Shown: positions 60,601-64,000 of the stretch, piece by piece
Layout: each line of letters starts with the position of its first letter
Position numbering within the stretch: position 1 is the first letter of the stretch
Made by a program: the position numbers and the translations under genes
The notes under the pieces: model-generated
What the model was told of the DNA's origin: nothing
The model's input: the letters and a program-made list of their open reading frames with translations, nothing else
Databases searched by the model: none
Virus record (IMG/VR): IMGVR_UViG_3300012078_000001
Span: 1-64,000 of that record
Direction: 5' to 3' (one strand)
Length of the DNA stretch: 64,000 nucleotides
DNA from: a virus

Positions 60601-62247
60601 ACAAAAGTTAATATATCGTGGTCTGCTATCTCTGATAATGATATTAAGGAATATGAGGTTAGGGTTGGTAATGATTGGAATAATGCTGATATAATTGCTA
60701 TCACTAAAGAACTCAAAACTGTATGGTATCCACCACAAAGTATTGAGTATAATTTTATGGTTATAGCAAGAAATTTCAGCAATTTTAATTCTGATTTACG
60801 TTCGACTATCCATGTCGCTAAAATTGAGCCTAGTAATATAGAAGGGTTTCATGGCGTACAGAATGGCGCAAACTCTTTGCTTGTATGGTCAAAAGTTAAT
60901 GAAAGCGATATTGTTGGTTATGAAATTCGCGAAGGGTCTAATTTCGATAATGGTGCTTTAATTATTACTGGCATTAATACTTTAACTTATCAAGTTCCTG
61001 TTGATACAGAGAGAACTTATAGGTATCATATTAAAGCTATCAATAGGGCAGGAAAATACTCTTTAGATGCTTCTCTGTGTGAAGTAACTATTACTGGGCT
61101 ACCAGTCAAGAATGTGATTCAGTCTTTTGATGAAATTACATTACAATCTGGAGTACACAATAATACTGAGTTTGGTCAATCGCTTATTAATCTTAGTAAC
61201 TTTCCAGGAAGATTTTCAGATTATCCTAATACTAAATTTGAAGAAGTTGGCGGTCATACAGTTCTTAAAATACAACCTAAAAGCCTTATTACAGACTGTT
61301 GTTTTGACAATGATATTGATAATACTTTATGGTTTGAGTATGCCACTAAAACAGGCTCAATCACAAAGAACGCAAGAGGGAATCTACTTCACACCATAGG
61401 TGCAAATCTTGGAACAGGGATAGTCTTTAAAGTCTCTACACTTGAAAGGAACACTACTTATGTTGTGGAGTACAAATTTAAATCTTCTAAAGATAATCGT
61501 ACCAATGGATTTATTGGTAGTTCTGGCGGTTACAATGGAGGACAGTGTAACCCCACAAACAGGGCGACAAATAACAAGGTTAATACATGGACTACTGTAG
61601 TTCAAGAGTTTACCACTCCAGATAGTGGTGTCGAACCAGCAGCTTTTCTATTTGCCTATGGTGCTTATGTTGAAGGTGACACGATAGAAATTGAATATGC
61701 TAAGATACATAAGAAGCCTGGACAAACTGGTATCTATACTTATTGGGATAATGCTAATTACCTTTGTGAACGCAAAGATTTAGGCTCTATTATAACTGCT
61801 AACCTTTCTAGTGCATTTTCTTCTACTATCCTTTTGACCGCAGGTGTAAACGCTAAACTACAATATCGTATTAGTCGTGATGGTATTAATTTTACTGATT
61901 GGACTGACTTTAAACCTGTAATAACTACATTTAGATATGTAGATTTTAGGATTTTATTATCTACAAGTGATAACACGAAAACACCAGAAGTAAACATCTT
62001 ACAAGGAATTATTGATATGCCTGATATTGACAAATCAGGTACAGCACAAATATCAGCAAGCGGAACTACTGTTAAATATGGCTACACTTTTTGGGTGAAT
62101 CCTTCTGTAATTCCTACTGCAATAGGTGAGGGTTTATATGCTGATCTGGTTAGTATTGATAAGTCTAGCTTTTCAGTAAAAGTAAAGCGTGTAAGTGATA
62201 ATGTTGCTGTCGCAGGGACAATATCATGGGTGGCAAGGGGCTATTAA
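57673..62247 (+). CDS. large tail/host-recognition protein with about ten FN3-like modules and a distinct C-terminal domain
   Basis: 1524 aa; recurring W.....D.D...YE(I/V)R.G..W..A module, ten times by eye; GTG start behind AGAGGTGA. Confidence 0.7.
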   Translation: MALKLPKLPNSISGDGRTFLSVLRNVLSDVAHTINNNVQATAKWQVTDLKAVEECNKSGITTIAITFNPSEIEDYNYSEVFIRRGLDKGWQFADIAQNSLILKDVSIGEHYSFKVIAVNKYGIKSEFENAPSVSIDVIGIRSIISTPKNFAVTFNKSGMIAQWDKVSDLDFFEFEVRTNTFYGSDNGLLYKGKRTRATIFPTNRAGTVYVYAINYGGFYSLPTTCNYAKPVPYSPKNVTVTKSQDDVYISFSNIPDDCSGANLIINNKTYVVTDNTFQHTGNDRVVSVQVAYFDIFGEGVYSKILNIEPPNVTGLTAIQLDTDRSIVKLEWNPVIDDNLSYYEVRLGTDWDSAAIIATRLKVTTFNYKASSEYSHTFLVRCFNIFGYDSSISNSKTVIITLRPLPPELNMPVQLSTDRATIDISWSASDKQDIDYYEIRHGENWDKGTLIGKTKETSIRYRLFPASTYNIMIRAVTVSNWSSVVANKYYSHVLYPQNVTGFTIIGNISDRRYITLSWTPVIDMDLLGYDIRCGTNWDTAIPVATAVKGNNLTLSFKGGSATYLIKAITISNYASEIACSGDIYVPIFPNTPPLGSAIADPNNRYKINLAWSASGDTDLKYYEIRKGTKWNSATLLGTTIDLTFSDIVATGSQHDYLVAAVTIGNQVSAPRHLSCTIVPEPSDIKGFNGTQDKFTRRVTLAWTHIGDPDWSHYEIRKGTSFSDTLLATNIKTPAFSYLPSIEETATYWIKAVTTNGNYSASATSCQVMIALVPTKPKKKGDTGITFDPRDKRKIRVEWLPIGDEDLLNYELCIGTNWVENNKIIIKETFFDHTLTTGGTVNFLVRSKNTSLNISQALLLTDNINIYPADINYFSAAQYQEDKSKVKLSWSEGDLDVAYFEIREGVSWDNYNFVVATRITGITIDTFVNEERNYNYWIKAFSVAHKPSQNAFPSGSIIMNMNPSRPENITVVRDPNDKTKVNISWSAISDNDIKEYEVRVGNDWNNADIIAITKELKTVWYPPQSIEYNFMVIARNFSNFNSDLRSTIHVAKIEPSNIEGFHGVQNGANSLLVWSKVNESDIVGYEIREGSNFDNGALIITGINTLTYQVPVDTERTYRYHIKAINRAGKYSLDASLCEVTITGLPVKNVIQSFDEITLQSGVHNNTEFGQSLINLSNFPGRFSDYPNTKFEEVGGHTVLKIQPKSLITDCCFDNDIDNTLWFEYATKTGSITKNARGNLLHTIGANLGTGIVFKVSTLERNTTYVVEYKFKSSKDNRTNGFIGSSGGYNGGQCNPTNRATNNKVNTWTTVVQEFTTPDSGVEPAAFLFAYGAYVEGDTIEIEYAKIHKKPGQTGIYTYWDNANYLCERKDLGSIITANLSSAFSSTILLTAGVNAKLQYRISRDGINFTDWTDFKPVITTFRYVDFRILLSTSDNTKTPEVNILQGIIDMPDIDKSGTAQISASGTTVKYGYTFWVNPSVIPTAIGEGLYADLVSIDKSSFSVKVKRVSDNVAVAGTISWVARGY

Positions 62248-62279
62248 TTTAGTCCCTTATTTTTGAAAGGAGTGGTGAC

Positions 62280-64000
62280 ATGGCATTTAATATACTAAAT
62301 CCTGCTGATAATCAATTTATAAGCGTTGCCCCTGCGGAATTACGAGAAAACTTTAGAGCATTAAAAGAAGATAAGATTGTCAATGCTGGTAAATTAAATG
62401 ATAAAAACTATGGTAACAAAAGCGGCGATATTGCTCTGAACAATGGTGTTCTTAATACTAATTTAGTTGCTCAGTATTTAGGTGATACCTCTACGACTAA
62501 AAATAGCTTTGCCCCTGCTGGTTGGATACCTCCTGTAGCGACAAAATCCTCTAATGGCAGCTTGAGTAACACTGATAAAACTAAACTTGATAGTATTGCT
62601 AGTGGCGCAGAAGTTAACCAGTATACTTTTGCAAATGTTAAAGTTGGTACAAATACAATACAAGCTGATGTAAAACAAGATACTCTCGAATTTGTTGGTG
62701 ATAATTCTATAACACTTACCGCAAATACTGAATTAGATAAAATTACATTCTCTGTTCCTGCTAGTGGTCATGTACACGATAATGTTGTTGCAGGTGGAGT
62801 AAGCGGTTTGATAACTGGTGCTATGGCAAAGAAATTAAATGGTATTGCTGATGGCGCAGAAGTTAATCAAAATACTTTTACAACTATTGTAGCAGGTGGT
62901 AAATCTATTGTCGCTGACGCTAAAACAGATACATTTACTGTAAATGCAGGTAAAGGTATTACTATTACTGGTGACGATACAAATGACGCTATGACAATTG
63001 CTATCACTCAAGATGGTCATACTCATGCTGTCGCTAATGATTCTACCGCTGGTTTTATGGGTACTACTGAGTTCAATAAGTTAAACGGTATCGCTAATAA
63101 CGCAGAGGTTAATCAGATGGCATTCAGCAATGTAAAAGTTGGTAATACTACTATCGCCGCAGATAGTAAAACAGATACACTCGAACTTATTGCTGGTGCT
63201 AATATTGCATTAATCCCTAACGCTACAAATGATAATGTTACTATTAATGTAACTGGAACTGTAGAAAGTGCTAAAAATGCAAATACAGTTGGTGGTAAAA
63301 GTGCTGGTGAATTTGCACCTAGTAACTTTGGGTTAGGAACTACCTGTAAAATAGTAACAGGTGATTGGAATAAGGTTTTGACTACGGGTTTTTATATGGG
63401 ACACAACTTAACAAATGCGCCTACGAATAGTGAACATCATTGGTATTTTGTAATAGTAAGTAGACATAATGACCTATATACTTGTCAATTAGCTATGGGA
63501 TTTAGTGCTTCTCCAAGTAAAATGTGGTTTAGACGACAACAAGATGGTGCATGGACAGCTTGGTTAGAAATATCTATGAGCAATCACACGCATTCTTATC
63601 TTTACGGCATTCCTGATACTCGCTCAGAGGGAAGTAAACCTAATGACTACAACGTGTCTTTAAGACCATCATTTAGACTCAATTCGGTAATCGGAAAGCC
63701 TGACACTTCAACCTTTTCTTCCGTGCTAGGCTTGAGGTCATGGGTTGATTCAAGTGGCGGTAATGCCCATGAATTAGCCTTTACGGGCAATGGCGATTTA
63801 TTCCATCGAAGTGGAGCTACAACAGATTGGAATGCATGGAGACAAATTATTACATCAGACAAAAATCCAGTTATCGATAGAAGTTTTGGTATTGGAGAAG
63901 CAGATTGGAATATCTTTAGAACAGCAGGGGTGTACAGTGTTAATCAAGCTCACACAGGAGCAAATAGTGCTCTAACATCAAGTAATACTGCTGAAATATA
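62280..64000 (+). CDS. tail fibre protein (5' part; runs off the window)
   Basis: AAAGGAG RBS; open to the window end; three ~82-aa repeats L(D/N)(S/G)IA..AEVNQ; HxH motifs; C-terminal knob-like GFY..W.F....Q.A...W segment. Confidence 0.7.
   Translation, partial: MAFNILNPADNQFISVAPAELRENFRALKEDKIVNAGKLNDKNYGNKSGDIALNNGVLNTNLVAQYLGDTSTTKNSFAPAGWIPPVATKSSNGSLSNTDKTKLDSIASGAEVNQYTFANVKVGTNTIQADVKQDTLEFVGDNSITLTANTELDKITFSVPASGHVHDNVVAGGVSGLITGAMAKKLNGIADGAEVNQNTFTTIVAGGKSIVADAKTDTFTVNAGKGITITGDDTNDAMTIAITQDGHTHAVANDSTAGFMGTTEFNKLNGIANNAEVNQMAFSNVKVGNTTIAADSKTDTLELIAGANIALIPNATNDNVTINVTGTVESAKNANTVGGKSAGEFAPSNFGLGTTCKIVTGDWNKVLTTGFYMGHNLTNAPTNSEHHWYFVIVSRHNDLYTCQLAMGFSASPSKMWFRRQQDGAWTAWLEISMSNHTHSYLYGIPDTRSEGSKPNDYNVSLRPSFRLNSVIGKPDTSTFSSVLGLRSWVDSSGGNAHELAFTGNGDLFHRSGATTDWNAWRQIITSDKNPVIDRSFGIGEADWNIFRTAGVYSVNQAHTGANSALTSSNTAEI

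Noticed and set aside
57673-64000. A diversity-generating retroelement or shufflon acting on the tail genes
   Set aside because: No reverse transcriptase and no template/variable repeat pair were noticed. The internal repeats are in-frame structural modules.

Overview
This window holds a low-GC (Firmicutes/Clostridia-like) tailed-phage genome. It is nearly complete, circularly permuted, and also carries a plasmid-type maintenance module, so it is probably a phage-plasmid.

Layout:
- 1-13.07 kb (+): virion-internal and tail-distal proteins, including a 2431-aa giant protein with an HExxH motif, followed by a lysis cassette (XhlA-like protein, LL-H-type holin, M15 peptidase).
- 13.08-14.6 kb: a gene-poor region with a strong promoter, a GC-richer structured-RNA candidate and an 18-bp perfect inverted repeat.
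- 14.7-33.7 kb (+): early, replication and nucleotide-metabolism genes. These are a 3D-domain protein, DnaE-type Pol III alpha, a divergent XRE repressor switch, primase-helicase, Sak4-like ATPase, a DUF669-like protein with an SSB tip, a Cas4-like nuclease, RusA, NrdD/NrdG, a frameshifted FTR-like gene, ThyX, dUTPase, a sigma-like factor and PhoH.
- 33.7-47.3 kb: a mostly leftward accessory arm. It holds DUF932, a DUF262/ParB-like protein, an orphan Y1 HUH transposase translationally coupled to a GHKL-ATPase/zincin fusion, two SSB paralogues, an array of small cassettes with near-identical terminators, a RepA_N initiator with in-gene iterons, a serine resolvase with res-like sites, and BrnT/BrnA.
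- 47.4-64 kb (+): packaging and morphogenesis. It holds TerS, a repeat/hairpin pac candidate, TerL behind a ~380-nt leader, portal, scaffold, major capsid, three paralogous small virion proteins, a 1524-aa FN3-array protein, and a tail fibre that runs off the window.

I recognised no tRNA, rRNA, CRISPR array, tyrosine or large-serine integrase, reverse transcriptase or single-subunit RNAP. All functional calls come from motif recognition by eye and from gene order. No searches or folding programs were run, and several start codons were re-chosen from RBS spacing.
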